Shown here: one piece after another, positions 24,333 through 36,646 of the stretch
How the letters are laid out: every line of letters starts with the position of its first letter
How positions within the stretch are numbered: the stretch's first letter is position 1
Origin: Octopus sinensis
Taxonomy: Eukaryota
Length of the DNA: 64,000 nt
Assembly (NCBI RefSeq): GCF_006345805.1
Contig: NC_043025.1
Span: forward strand, 9,610,001 to 9,674,000
Reading direction: 5' to 3'
Program-made: the position numbers and the translations under genes
The notes under the pieces: model-generated
The model's input: only the letters and a program-made list of their open reading frames with translations
What the model was told of the DNA's origin: nothing
Databases searched by the model: none

Positions 24333-24559
24333 GTGTGGTGTGTGTGTGTGTTTGTGTGTCTGTGTTTGTCCCTCTAGCATGCTTGACAACCGATGCTGGT
24401 ATATTTACGTCCCCGTCACTTAGCGGTTCGGCAAAAGAGACCGATAGAATAAGTACTGGGCTTACAAAGAATAAGTCCTGGGGTCGATTTGCTCGACTAA
24501 AGGTGGTGATCCAGCATGGCTGCAGTCAAATGACTGAAACAGGTAAAAGAGTAAATATA

Positions 24560-24885
24560 TCAAAAAATTTTCTTTCGGTTTGGGATTTGGTTTGCAAGAT
24601 TCTTTATGTGAGTTCGTGTGTTGAAGCATATTTTGTTATGTCTGGGGAGAGTCATTCTCTTTTACTGCCTTATTATTTAACACACTCACCGATAAAGTTT
24701 CTACTCATTTACTTATTTATTTTTCCTAAAATTTTCATTGCATCTTGCAACCCCTCCAAAAGTCTATTGAACGACTATTGAAAAGGTTGCAAGATGCAAG
24801 AAAAATTTTACTGGTGAGTGTGTTAAATAATAAGGCACTAAAAGAGAATGACTCTACCCAGACACAACAAAAAATTTCCCTTTTA
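24560..24885. mobile_element. Foldback MITE with nested inverted repeats; other foldback elements at 30280-30545 and 58470-58915
   Basis: GTCTGGGGAGAGTCATTCTCTTTTACTGCCTTATTATTTAACACACTCACC pairs with 24813-24863. Confidence 0.7.
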
Positions 24886-25145
24886 TCAAAAATAAGCCTC
24901 AAAGTTATACAGCTATTTTGTCTAATAGCATCCAATCATTCATTACTCTTTTACTCTTTTACTTGTTTCAGTCATTTGACTGCGGCCATGCTGGAGCACC
25001 GCCTTTAATCGAGCAACTCAACCCGAGGACTTATTCATTGTAAGCCCAGTACTTATTCTATCGGTCTCTTTTGCTGAACCGCTAAGTAACGGGGACGTAA
25101 ACACACCAGCATCGGTTGTCAAGCAATACTAGGGGGACAAACACA

Positions 25146-25187
<42 letters not shown>

Positions 25188-26025
25188 TATATATATATAC
25201 ATATATATGACAGGCTTCTTACAGTTTCCATCTACCAAATCCACTCACAAGGCTTTGGTCGGCTCGAGGCTATAGTAGAAGACACTTGTCCAAGGTGCCA
25301 CGCAGTGGGACTGAACCCGGAACCATGTGGTTGGTAAGCAAGCTACTTACCACACAGCCACTCCTGCGCCTTTACTTATTTATTTTTCCTAAAATCCACT
25401 CACAAGGCTTTGGTCGACCTGAGGCTATAGTAGAAGACACTTGTCCAAGGTGCCACGCAGTGGGACTGAACCCGGAACCATGTGGTTGGTAAGCAAGCTA
25501 CTTACCACACAGCCACTCCTGCGCCTTTACTTATTTATTTTTCCTAAAATCCACTCACAAGGCTTTGGTCGACCCGAGGCTATAGTAGAAGACACTTGTC
25601 CAAGGTGCCATGCAGTGGAACTGAACCCGGAACCATGTGATTGGTTAGCAAGCTACTTACCACACAGCCACTCCTGCGCCATTCAATAAATAATCTTTTT
25701 ATATTACGTATATAGAATAAGCTGTAGGTTTTGCAAATAGCGAATTAAAACTGAAAATGAAAACATTGAAATAAATATATATTAAGTTACCACTAATGAA
25801 AATAGAGGAGAGAGAGTGAGAGACTGTTGCAAATAAAAATGGAAAATTTCGTCTGTAACGAATTAATATTGTTTATTAAATCTACTCTGCAGTGAAAGCA
25901 ACAAATATCTAAATTTGTGAAGTACTTGAAGTTCAAATATCCAATAAACTTCAGAAATTGAAATTACAGGAAATTTCTTGCAACAAGAATTTATAAATAA
26001 ATAAGTTTTCTCCATTCTAATATAT

Positions 26026-26057
<32 letters not shown>

Positions 26058-26102
26058 ATATATATAATATAGTGGAGAAAACTACTTATTTATTAGGTAT
26101 GT

Positions 26103-26740
26103 ATCTCTATATAAACGGCAGTTTGTCTGTCAGTGTGTCTGTCAGGTTGTACCCTCACCCTGACCACGGCTTTCAACCGATTCTGATGAAACTTGACACA
26201 CATGGCCCAATGTCATAATTCAAAACTAACGCAAGGAAAATTTTGAAAGTTCCTCCAGTTCTGAAAAAAATCGATAAATTCGACATGGGGTCGACAATCT
26301 AACACATTTTCTGCAACACATTTTCTGTTGTAGTTTTCGCAACTTGCAATCGAATTTCACCAAACTCATGGTGAAGCTTAATGTTACCCTAAGAAACTTA
26401 ATTCTGACGTTAGTTTTCCATGCAATACCTTACCATCAGAAAAAAATCGATAAAATCATGCCATTTTGGGAAATCGCGTTCAAATTCAAGATGACATATT
26501 TTCAACAATATCTTTCACAAATTGGCAGGAATTTTTTTTTTAATTCACAGCGAGCATTATGTCTGCTCCAAGGAGCTATATGACCCTTTTTATTCCAATA
26601 GGATACTTTATTACTGGAAAAAATCGGTTAATTAAATCATATGTGGCACACATAGCAAACCGATTTGTGTATTAAACACAAACCACAGACTGTCTAGGGA
26701 ACGCCTTACATACCCGGGCGACGCCGGGCTATGCTGCTAG
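26103..26740 (+). mobile_element. Non-autonomous Helitron, second subfamily
   Basis: 5' TCTCTATATAAAC; 3' CCCGGGCGACGCCGGG hairpin and CTAG. Confidence 0.8.
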
Positions 26741-26816
26741 TAGTTACTAAAAGAAAGCAATTATATATATATATATATATATACATACATATATATATAT
26801 ATATGTGTGTGTGTGT

Positions 26817-27122
26817 GGAGGCGCAATGGCCCAGTGGTTAGGGCAGCGGGCTCGCAGTCGGAGGATCGCGGTTTCGATTCCCAGATCGGGCGTTGTGAGT
26901 GTTTATTGAGCGAAAACACCTAAAAGCTCCATGAGGCTCCGGCAGGGGGTGGTGGCGATCCCTGCTGTACTCTTTCACCACTCTTTCTCCCACTCTTTCT
27001 TGTTGGCCTGCTCGCTTAGTCAGTGGGGTGGCGTCATTCGAAGGCTAAAACAATGCGAACGCATTGTGACCAGCGATGTGTAACAACATCTGATGGTCTG
27101 GTTGGTCACGTGATCACGTGAT
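26817..27122 (+). mobile_element. S2 SINE with tail type 2; other copies 7942-8235 and 12368-12675
   Basis: Same head as tail-1 copies, but ends ...GGTCACGTGATCACGTGAT. Confidence 0.83.
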
Positions 27123-27437
27123 GTATATATATATATAATTATAACAATGAGGGTCTTTGCAAAAAGTTGCTAGACCACATACCAATAGTATTAGAAATAG
27201 CAGCCAGCGGATTGTTATTTCTTTTACTACAAAAATATGTCCCCATCGACAACAGAAATAACAGTCCTCTGACTGCTATTTCTAATACTTTCGGTATGTG
27301 GTCTAGCAACTTGTTGCAAAGACCCTCATTGTTATAATTAGATACAATTTTACCGAATATGGTCCTTTTCCATACCGAAATACTACTTGGTGAAATTTGT
27401 TGATTTTATTAAGTTAATTATATTTCAACCTTTATCT

Positions 27438-27482
<45 letters not shown>

Positions 27483-28510
27483 TCTTTTACTTCTTTAAGT
27501 CATTTGACTGTGGCCATGCTGGAGCACCGCCTTTAGTCGAGCAACTCGACCCGGGACTTATTCTTTGTAAGCCCAGTACTTATTCTATCGGTCTCTTTTG
27601 CTGAACCGCTAAGTGACAGGGACGTAAACACACCAGCATCGGTTGTCAAGCAATGCTAGGGGGACAAACACAGACACACAAACACATACACATACACACA
27701 CACATATATATATATATACGATGGGCTTCTTTCAGTTTCCGTCTACCAAATCCACTCACAAGGGTTTGGTCGGCCCGAGGCTATAGTAGAAGACACTTGC
27801 CCAAGGTGCCACGCAGTGGGACTGAACCCGGAACCATGTGGTTGGTTAACAAGCTACTTACCACACAGCCACTCCTGCGCCCATATATATATATATATTG
27901 TGAATGTTCAAGTCTCCATACTCTTTACTATTATTAATCTATATTAATACAAATGAAATTCTGTCTATCCAACTGGGATCCCTGTGTCTCAGTCTACATT
28001 CGTTCTCCATAGACATATTATATCTGTTTTGGAATCAGGATGACCCCAGGGTTGAAAATCTTCCCTTCATTTGGTCCTTGAACATCCAGAATTAGGATCT
28101 AAGATCATTTGAGTTGCTATTTCTAGCAGGTAAAGCTTGGCTGATTCATGCCATCTTGCTTGGTGTTTGTCAGATAGCAAGGGGCAGATAAATGACATTT
28201 GCTTCATTCATTTTACATTGAGATAAGAACTTTGGAACAAATTGGCCAACAGTTGGAAATTCAACCTGGGACTGGAACAATAGAATGATTGCATTACGAA
28301 ATTAATTCTCATCCGTCCTTAACCTCTGATCCAACACCACCAAACCATATAATCCTTATAGACGTATTACAGCCATGCTATTTAGATCCCTTTAGTTTTG
28401 GGTTGTAGGCCCAATTAGCCCTCAGCAGGAGATAGTGTAAGAGCCTGCATGGAGTACGGCTTTTAAACTAGTATTAATATATACTCCAGACAGTTTTTAC
28501 TGTCCAGCAG

Positions 28511-28895
28511 TGGAGGCGCAATGGCCCAGTGGTTAGGGCAGCGGACTCGTGGTCATAGGATCGCGGTTTTGATTCCCAGACCGGGCGTTGTGAGTGTTTA
28601 TTGAGCGAAAACACCTAAAGCTCTACGAGGCTCCAGCAGGGGATGGTGGTGATCCCTGCTGTACTCTTTCACCACAACCTTCTCTCACTCTTACTTCCTG
28701 TTTCTGTTGTACCTGTATTTCAAGGGGCCGGCCTTGTCACTCTCTGTGTCACGCTGAATATCCCCGAGAACTGCGTTAAGGGTACACGTGTCTGTGGAGT
28801 GCTCAGCCACTTACACGTTAATTTCACGAGCAGGCTGTTCCGTTGATTCGGATCAACCGGAACCCTCGACGTCGTAACCGACGGAGTGCTTCCAC
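28511..28895 (+). mobile_element. SINE family S2 (tRNA-like head GGAGGCGCAATGGCCCAGTGG), tail type 1; other tail-1 copies 11976-12358 (+) and 16063-16388 (-)
   Basis: Box A/B; ends GGAGTGCTTCCA. The 16063 copy has the 14-bp TSD ACAAACATAGATAT. Confidence 0.85.
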
Positions 28896-30215
28896 TCCAT
28901 TACAGCCATGCTATTTAGATCTCTTTAGTTTCGGGCTGTTGGCCCAATTAGCCCTCAGCAGGAGATAGTGTAAGAGCCTGCATGGAGTACGGCTTTTAAA
29001 CTAGTATTAATATATGCTCCAGACAGTTTTTACTGTCCAGCGAAGAGAACACAAAGTAACCTATCAGAAGAATTCATGTAGTGACTAACAACTAGTCACA
29101 GATGTTAAATACTGATCCTTGTGGTTAGCCATTAACTGGAACTTACAGAGCTTTACAGTATCTGCCCAAGTAATGTGTCCCTCTAAATTCACTTATATAT
29201 ATATATATATATATAAAATTAATTAAGGGTAGAAATTGATATTTATCAATTAAGACCAGTGGTCTAGCATATTAAAAAAGAATCCGAAGATTAAAATATT
29301 TATATATACCAATTAAGGACTGAACACGAAAAGTGGACAGTCAACATGCTAGATATAGACGTCAAATCGCCATTCACCACAAAAGATTATGTTCTCAGAT
29401 CAAACTCAGTTTGATCTGAGAACATAATCTTTTGTGGTGAATGGCGATTTGACATCTATATCTAGCATGTTGACTGTCCACTTTTCGTGTTCAGTCCTTA
29501 ATTGGTATATATATATATATATATATAATAAAAACTTACTTGGAGGATAAGAAACGACGCGAGGTGCTCAGTCGTATAATAACAATTTAACAATAAAACA
29601 TATGCATACATACATACATATATGTACATGCCTACATCTATATGTATATATACATGCATATATGAGTACAGGACACCACAAATAAGTGTAGAACACAACG
29701 AGAAATGAAAATATAAAATCAAACAAGGAAACGGACTTTTTTTTAACAACGAAAAAGCAGAGTACAAGACAAACAATACAAGGAATATTCCCCTTCATCA
29801 GCTGCCCCTGGTTCGACTCAATGCATGTTTCGAAGGTATATATATATATATATATAAAAGGAGCACTCCATCAGTTCCGATGATGAGGGTCCAAGTTGAT
29901 CTGATCAACAGAACAGCTTGCTTATGAAATTAATGCACAAGTGGCTGAGCGCTCTACAGACACGTGTATCCTTAACATAGTTCTCAGGGAGACACAGAAT
30001 GGGGCAAGGCTGACCCTTTGAAATACAGGTACTATGCATTTTCGCAAGCTGAGTGGATTGGACCAAGGTGAAACAAAGTGTCTTCCTCAAGAACACAACA
30101 CACAGCCTTGTCCAGGAATTGAACTTGCTACCTCATGGTTGTGAGCCTGACACTCTAACCACTAAGCCATGTGCTATCACATATATATATATATATGTAT
30201 GTATGTATATGTATA

Positions 30216-30279
<64 letters not shown>

Positions 30280-31041
30280 GTTTAAATATTTGTTGTGCAA
30301 GATTTTTTATGTGAAGTCATGTGTTGAAACAGATATTGTTATATTTCGGAATGGTCATTTTGCCAGTTTAGCCAATAAAACACACGCACTATATATTTGC
30401 TATTACTTTGCTTCAGTGTTATTTATTTTTTTACATTAATCTTAAAAAAATAAATAACACTGAAGCAAAGTAACACCAAATATATAGTGCGTGTGTTTTT
30501 ATTGGCTAAACTGGCAAAATGACCATTCCGAAATATAACAAAATATATATATATATATATATATATAAACACCTGGCCATGTGGTAAGAGCTTTTCTTCC
30601 CAACCATATGGTTCTTTGTTCAATCCCACCGCAAGGCACCTTGGGCAAGTGTCTTCTACTATAGCCCTGGGCCGACCAAAACCTTGTGAGTGGATCTGGT
30701 CGATGGAAAGTGGAAAAGGCCTGTTGTATTTATATATATGTGTTTATATCTGTGTGTCTTTGCATTTTCCTTTCTTCCATCCACCACTTAGCAACAGGTG
30801 CTGGTTTGTTTATGTCCCTGTAACTTAGCAGTTTGGCAAAAGAGACCAAGAGGACAAGTACTAGAGTTAGAAAAAAGATAGTAAGTAATTGAGTCAATTT
30901 GTTTGACTGCAATCCTTCAAGGTGGTGCCCCAGCATGGCCGCAGCATAAATGAGTGAAGCAAGATGAAAGATGGCGAAAGAGTTTTGCTATGGAAGAGGT
31001 TACTTGGGGTTGGGAGCAGAAGGAATGACAAAGAGAAAGAC

Positions 31042-31080
<39 letters not shown>

Positions 31081-31084
31081 AGGA

Positions 31085-31620
31085 GACAGAGAGAGGGAGG
31101 AAAGGTTTAAAAATAGCTGCTAGAGGTGATGATTATAGTGATGATGATGAGCATGGTCATGATGGTAATAGTAGAGGTGGTGGTGGTGGTGGTGATAGTG
31201 GTGATGGTGGTTGTAATGATAATTGTGGTGGCGATGGTAATGATGATAATGGTGGTGATAATGATTATTAGGATGATGATGATGTTGATAGTGATGGTAC
31301 TGCTGTTGACGGTGGTTGTGGTGGTGGTGATGGTGGTGGTGGTGGTGGTGGTGGTGGTGACAGTAATGGTGGTTTTGGTGGCGTGATGATGATGGTGATG
31401 ATGTTGATAGTGATGGTACTGCTGTTGATGGTGGTGGTGATGGTGGTGGTGGTGACAGTAATGGTGGTTTTGGTGGCGTGATGATAATGATGATGTCAAT
31501 GGTACTGGCGTTAACGTCGATGGTGGTGGTAGTGTTTGTGATGAAGATGATGCTGATAAATTTCTGTGGCGGTGATGATGATGATGATGATGATGATGAA
31601 GACGAAGAAGGTGATGGTGG
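31085..31620. repeat. (GGT)/(GAT) trinucleotide field directly after an exon donor
   Basis: Direct reading. Confidence 0.9.
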
Positions 31621-31630
31621 TGGTGCTTAC

Positions 31631-31775
31631 CTTCGCCACAATGGCATGGTGGTGGTCGTAAGGCTCTATGTCAGTGCAGTCGTTAATGGTGTAGATGAAG
31701 ACGAAACCAACACCTGCCGTCGCCATAGCAACCAGAGCAGTCTCGGCAACCATCATCCATTTCCTACGAATATAC
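31631..31775 (-). CDS. CLCN7: CLC-7-like exon: (R)[48 protein letters not shown]
   Basis: 145 nt, tttgcAG / GTAAGC, phase 2/0. Aligns to [33 protein letters not shown]. Confidence 0.9.
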
Positions 31776-31923
31776 CTGCAAAGACAGATGGCTCTTAAGT
31801 ATACATACACATACATACATACATGCATATATTTATATTTATGTGTCTGTATATGATGTGTGTGTGTGTGTATATATATATATTTATATATATATATATA
31901 TATACATATATACATATATATAT

Positions 31924-31974
<51 letters not shown>

Positions 31975-32609
31975 TACAAATAAGAAAATGGAGAAATACA
32001 TCCCAATCAAATATCAATTACCAGATAATACCCAATCATATACTTTATTATACCACCACATAAAAGTTTCTTATGTGGTGGTTTAATAAAGTATGTGATT
32101 GAGTATTATCTGGTAATTGATATTTGATTGGGATGTATTTCTCCATTTTCTTATTTTGTATTAGTAATTTGTGGTAAATCATTTTACCTTTGCCCATATA
32201 ATACAGTAAATGAATTAAATGCTAGAGGGACAAACATATACACACACACACTTATATATATATATATATATATATATACGACAGGCTTCTTTCAGTTCCC
32301 GTCTACCACTCACAAGGCATTGGTCCGCCCGGGGCTATAGCAGAAGACACTTGCCCAAGATGCCACGCAGTGGGACTGAACCCGGAACCATGTGGTTGGT
32401 AAGCAAGCTACTTACCACACAGCCACTCCTGCACCTATATATATATATACATATATACGACAGGCTTCTTTCAGTTTCCGTCTACCAAACCCCTCCCAAA
32501 GCATTGGTTGGCCCGGGGCTATAGCAGAAGACACTTGCCCAAGATGCCACGCAGTGGGACTGAACCCGGAACCATGTGGTTGGTTAGCAAGCTACTTACC
32601 ACACAGCCA

Positions 32610-33070
32610 ATGTAAATTTATTTACATTATTTACAATATTTACATTCGATGGATATTTGTCCTCATCATGTTTGTTGTTAACATGTGTTGACAACAAACA
32701 AAATGAGGACAAATATCCGTCGGATGTAAATAATGTACAAACTTCCTCATCTCTTAATATAGAACTGGAATAATGATAATAATTCATTCTTTTGTTGGCC
32801 ACATGGGCTGACAAAAATCAGTTATCATGTAAAGGGACAAAACAGGATGAAAGGTTACAAAGGGTTTTGTCCATTTAACAAACAATAATAACATCAAAAA
32901 ATACCTTAGGAATGAGAACCCAGGTTCGAAATTTCCCCAAGACACCTGATGAAGGCTGGAAGGTATATCAGCCGAAACGTTGTGTTAACAACAAACAAGA
33001 TGAGGACAAATATCTATTGAATGTAAATAATGTAAATAATGTACATAATTCCTCATCTCTTAAATATAGA
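32610..33070 (+). mobile_element. Penelope-like pseudo-LTR structure: inverted plus direct terminal copies
   Basis: GTGTTAACAACAAACAAGATGAGGACAAATATC block occurs inverted (ends 32684), direct (32685) and direct again (32982). Confidence 0.75.
32941..32986 (+). ncRNA. Minimal type I hammerhead ribozyme motif
   Basis: GACAC-CUGAUGA-A-GGCUG(GAAGGUAUAU)CAGCC-GAAAC-GUU-GUGUU. Stems I and II pair; helix III is the palindromic ACGU typical of PLE minimal hammerheads. Confidence 0.75.
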
Positions 33071-33149
33071 ACTGTATTATGTAAATTTGTTTAAATCCTG
33101 TATGGAATGGAATAAATAAGCAGCAGAATAAGGTACAATGGGACCTTAC

Positions 33150-33210
33150 CGATATCGGAACACTGTAAGTTTGTAGTTTATGATAACAAACAAGGCACCG
33201 ACCAATCCAC
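33150..33210 (-). CDS. CLCN7: CLC-7-like exon: (G)GLVGALFVIINYKLTVFRY(R)
   Basis: 61 nt, ttttcAG / GTAAGG, phase 1/2. Aligns to [21 protein letters not shown]. Confidence 0.92.
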
Positions 33211-33299
33211 CTGAAAAAGACAAAAAAATCAGCAAGTAATAAGAGAGAGTATGTAAATAAACAAATGTAGGTGTAGATGTGACTGCTATGTCTAGCAGG

Positions 33300-34075
33300 G
33301 CTGGTAACTCCTGGAAAGCTTGCTGCTGCTGCTGGTGGTGGTGGTGGTGGTGGTGGTGGTGGAGGAGGAGGCAGTGGCAGCAGTGGTTGTGTTGTTGGTG
33401 GTAATGAGGAGAGAGGTAGAAGGAGGTAGAAGGGCAGAAGAAGAAGGAAGAGGCAGCAAGAGGGTGGGGGAGGAGGCATGGAGAGAAGATGAAGAAGGGA
33501 AAAGATAAGGAGGAGGAGGAGCAAGAGCATGTAGCGGTGCAGCAGGTGGAAGAGCAAGGGCATGAGGCGGAGGAGCAGGAGTAAGAGCATGTAGCGGTGC
33601 AGCAGGAGGAAGAGCAAGGGCATGAGGCGGAGGAGCAGGAGTAAGAGCATGTAGCGGTGCAGCAGGAGGAGGAGCAAGGGCATGAGGCGGAGGAGCAAAA
33701 GAATGAGGCACAGCAGCAGGAGGAGCAGGAGTAGGAGGAGCAAGAGTATGAGGCAGAGCAGTAGGAGGAAGAGCAAGAGCATGAGGCAGAGCAGGAGGAG
33801 GAGCAAAAGCATGTGGCTGAGCAGCAGGAGGAGGGGCAAGAGAATGAGGCAGAGCAGCAGGAGGAGGAGCAAGAGAATGAGGCAGAGCAGGAGGAGAAGC
33901 AAGTGCATGAGGAAGAGCAGGAGTAGGAGGAGCAAGAGCATGAGGCAGAGCAGGAGGAGGACGAGCAAAAGTATGAGGCAGAGCAGCAGGAGGAGGAGCA
34001 AGAGTATGAGGCGGAGCAGTAGCAGGAGGTGCAGGGGAGGATAATGTAGAGGACGGGAGGAGGAGATAAGCAAGA
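33300..34075. repeat. Purine-rich (GAG/CAG) degenerate minisatellite filling a CLCN7 intron
   Basis: (GCT)n(GGT)n followed by about 30- and 60-bp GAGGAGCAAGAGCATGAGGC units. Confidence 0.9.
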
Positions 34076-34096
34076 GAAAGTGATGCTAGAACTCAC

Positions 34097-34154
34097 CTAC
34101 GATTCCCATCAGTACAAATATTGGAAACTCTACGAGGTCAAAGGCCATGTCTTC
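34097..34154 (-). CDS. CLCN7: CLC-7-like exon: EDMAFDLVEFPIFVLMGIV(G)
   Basis: 58 nt, cccacAG / GTGAGT, phase 0/1. Aligns to CLC-7 MAYTIHEIPVFIAMGVVG. Confidence 0.9.
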
Positions 34155-34412
34155 CTGTGGGAGGAAAGAAAACAAAGAACAAATGACAAGATTTAATAAT
34201 GGGAAAAAATATGTAAAACAAAAAAAGCATAGAAAAGAAAATACAATACAAACGAAAGATATGGAAATCAAGGATAAGAGATATGGTGTACACTGCTGTA
34301 TAATATACCCCATAATGTGATGTGTTATACTCTATTATATAATGTACCTTGTAAATTGGTGTACTAATATGGCATGTTGTAATCTCTTGTAAATTTGCGA
34401 GTTGTGTGTGTA

Positions 34413-36139
34413 TATAGATGAATGGTTAGTGAGAGCTGTGCGGGCCATGTATAGGGACGCTGCTAGTAGGGTGAGGGTTGGAAACGAGTACAGTGAAGAA
34501 TTCCAGGTAGAGGTAGGGGTCCACCAAGGCTCAGTACTCAGCCCCCTCCTATTTATCATAGTCCTCCAGGCAATAACGGAGGAATTCAAGACAGGATGCC
34601 CTTGGGAGCTCCTCTATGCTGATGACCTTGCTCTAATTGCTGAGTCGCTATCAGAACTGGAGGAGAAGTTTCAGGTGTGGAAACAAGGATTAGAATCGAA
34701 GGGCCTCAGAGTCAATCTAGCTAAAACCAACGTCGTAATCAGTAGGAAGGTAGACAAATCACAAACACCCTCACGTAGATGGCCCTGTTCGATCTGTAGA
34801 AAAGGTGTAGGTAGAAACTCTATAAGATGCACCAAGTGTAAGCTATGGACACATAAGAGGTGCAGCAATGTCAAAGGAAGGCTAACTAGGAAGATGGTTT
34901 TTGTATGTGGCAGATGCTCAGGAACAATAAACACTGAAAATGCTCTGAGACCAACTTCCGTCACTTTCCAGGGAGAAAAACTAGAAATAGTTGATAGTTT
35001 CCGTTACCTAGGTGACCAAGTCAGCAGCGGGGGTGGGTGTGCTGAAAGTGTAACTGCTAGAGTAAGAATAGCTTGGGGAAAGTTCAGAGAGCTCTTACCT
35101 CTGCTGGTGACAAAAGGCCTCTTGCACAGAGTGAAAGGCAGACTGTATGATGCGTGTGTACGAACAGCCATGCTACATGGCAGTGAAACATGGGCCGTGA
35201 CTGCTGAGGATATGCGTAAGCTTGCAAGAAATGAAGCCAGTATGCTCCGATGGATGTGTAATGTCAGTACTCATACTCGGCAGAGTGTAAGTACCTTGAG
35301 AGAAAAGCTGGACCTAAGAAGCATCAGTTGTGGTGTGCAAGAGAGACGTCTGCGCTGGTATGGTCATGTGGCGAGAATGGATGAAGATAGTTGTGTGAAA
35401 AAGTGCCACACCCTAGCGGTTGAGGGAACCTATGGAAGAGGCAGACTCAGGAAAACCTGGGACGAGGTGGTGACTAGAGGAAATGACTAGAGACCGAGAC
35501 CTCTGGAAGTGTGCTGTGCGCAAGAAGACCCAGGAGGACAAGTGAGTCCATAACCCGTGGCCTTCTACATGGGATGGAGCCAGCCTACGTATGCATACCT
35601 TCCCTTCTTGGGACACAAAACTCTACTTGTGAAGACCTGTTGAGGCAAGTGAGGATCAGAATCGAAATCGATCAATGGAAATTGCAGATGTGTTACCTGT
35701 GCCGGTGGCATGTCGAAACTCTACTTGTGAAGACCCATTGAGGCAAGTGAGGATCAGAATCGAAATCGATCAATGGAAATTGCAGATGTTTTACCAGTGC
35801 CGGTGGCATGTAAGAGAACCTTCCATTTCGCGACCGTTGCCAGCACCGCCCCGTTTCGTGTCCGTTGCCAGCCTCGCCTGGCCCTCGTGCCGGTGGCACA
35901 TAAAAAGCACCATCCGTTCGTGGCCGTTTGCCAGCTCTGTCTGGCACCTGTGCGGGTGGCACGTAAAAAGCACCCACTACACTCACGGAGTGGTTGGCGT
36001 TAGGAAGGGCATCCAGCCGTAGAAACACTGCCAGATTTGACTGGGCCTGATGAAGCCTTCTGGCTTCACAGACCCCAGTAGAACCGTCCAACCCATGCTA
36101 GCATGGAAAACGGATGCTAAACGATGATGATGATGATGA
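34413..36139 (+). mobile_element. 5'-truncated RTE-clade LINE: RT C-terminal half (362-aa ORF), 3' UTR and (GAT)n tail, antisense to CLCN7
   Basis: Motifs VGVHQGSVLSPLLF, LLYADDL, FRYLG and RLRWYGHV. A small deletion near 35470 shifts the final MTRDRDLWK codons out of frame. Ends GCTAAAC(GAT)n in a TA run. Confidence 0.92.
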
Positions 36140-36169
36140 TATATATATATATATATAAAACTATTTTGC

Positions 36170-36610
36170 CTTGTAAGGAGAGATTACGAAAAAAACAAAA
36201 GACGAAGACAGGTGGTGTACAAAACAAACAGATGTATTAGTATAACGCTCAGGAATAGAAAAAGTCTTTTACGTTTCGGGCCTACGCTCTTCTACAGAAA
36301 GGGATACAGAAAAAACAAGGAGCAAAACATGTATATTGTGTATATATATATATTCCGTCTTTCAGTATGTGACCTTGTGTGTACCGTTGGCGATTTTTTT
36401 TTCCTCTGTCTTCCCTTCTCGGGATCTTTCCTTCTTCTATGTTTCCGACGAAGAGCTCCGCTTGAAACGTTAGACCCTTCTTCTTCCCTTCTTTCCTGAG
36501 CATCCAATAATACTTTATTTGTTCCACGTCCTTGCGTTGTTGTTTTTTTTGTTTTCTTGTTTGGATTAACTTTATATATATATATGTATCTATATATACA
36601 CACACACACA

Positions 36611-36646
<36 letters not shown>

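Noticed and set aside
28511-28585. tRNA genes at SINE heads
   Set aside because: Box A/B are present, but the acceptor and anticodon stems do not pair and each head runs into a SINE body.
31107-31499. Poly-His/Thr and poly-Val/Met ORFs
   Set aside because: Trinucleotide repeat artefacts.
33146-34096. 316-aa Ser/Cys ORF spanning a whole CLCN7 intron in frame with the downstream exon
   Set aside because: It starts at the GT donor. The intron is 886 nt (not a multiple of 3), and retention gives MGIVGEF-stop. The C/T-rich repeat explains the lack of stops; a second frame is open too.
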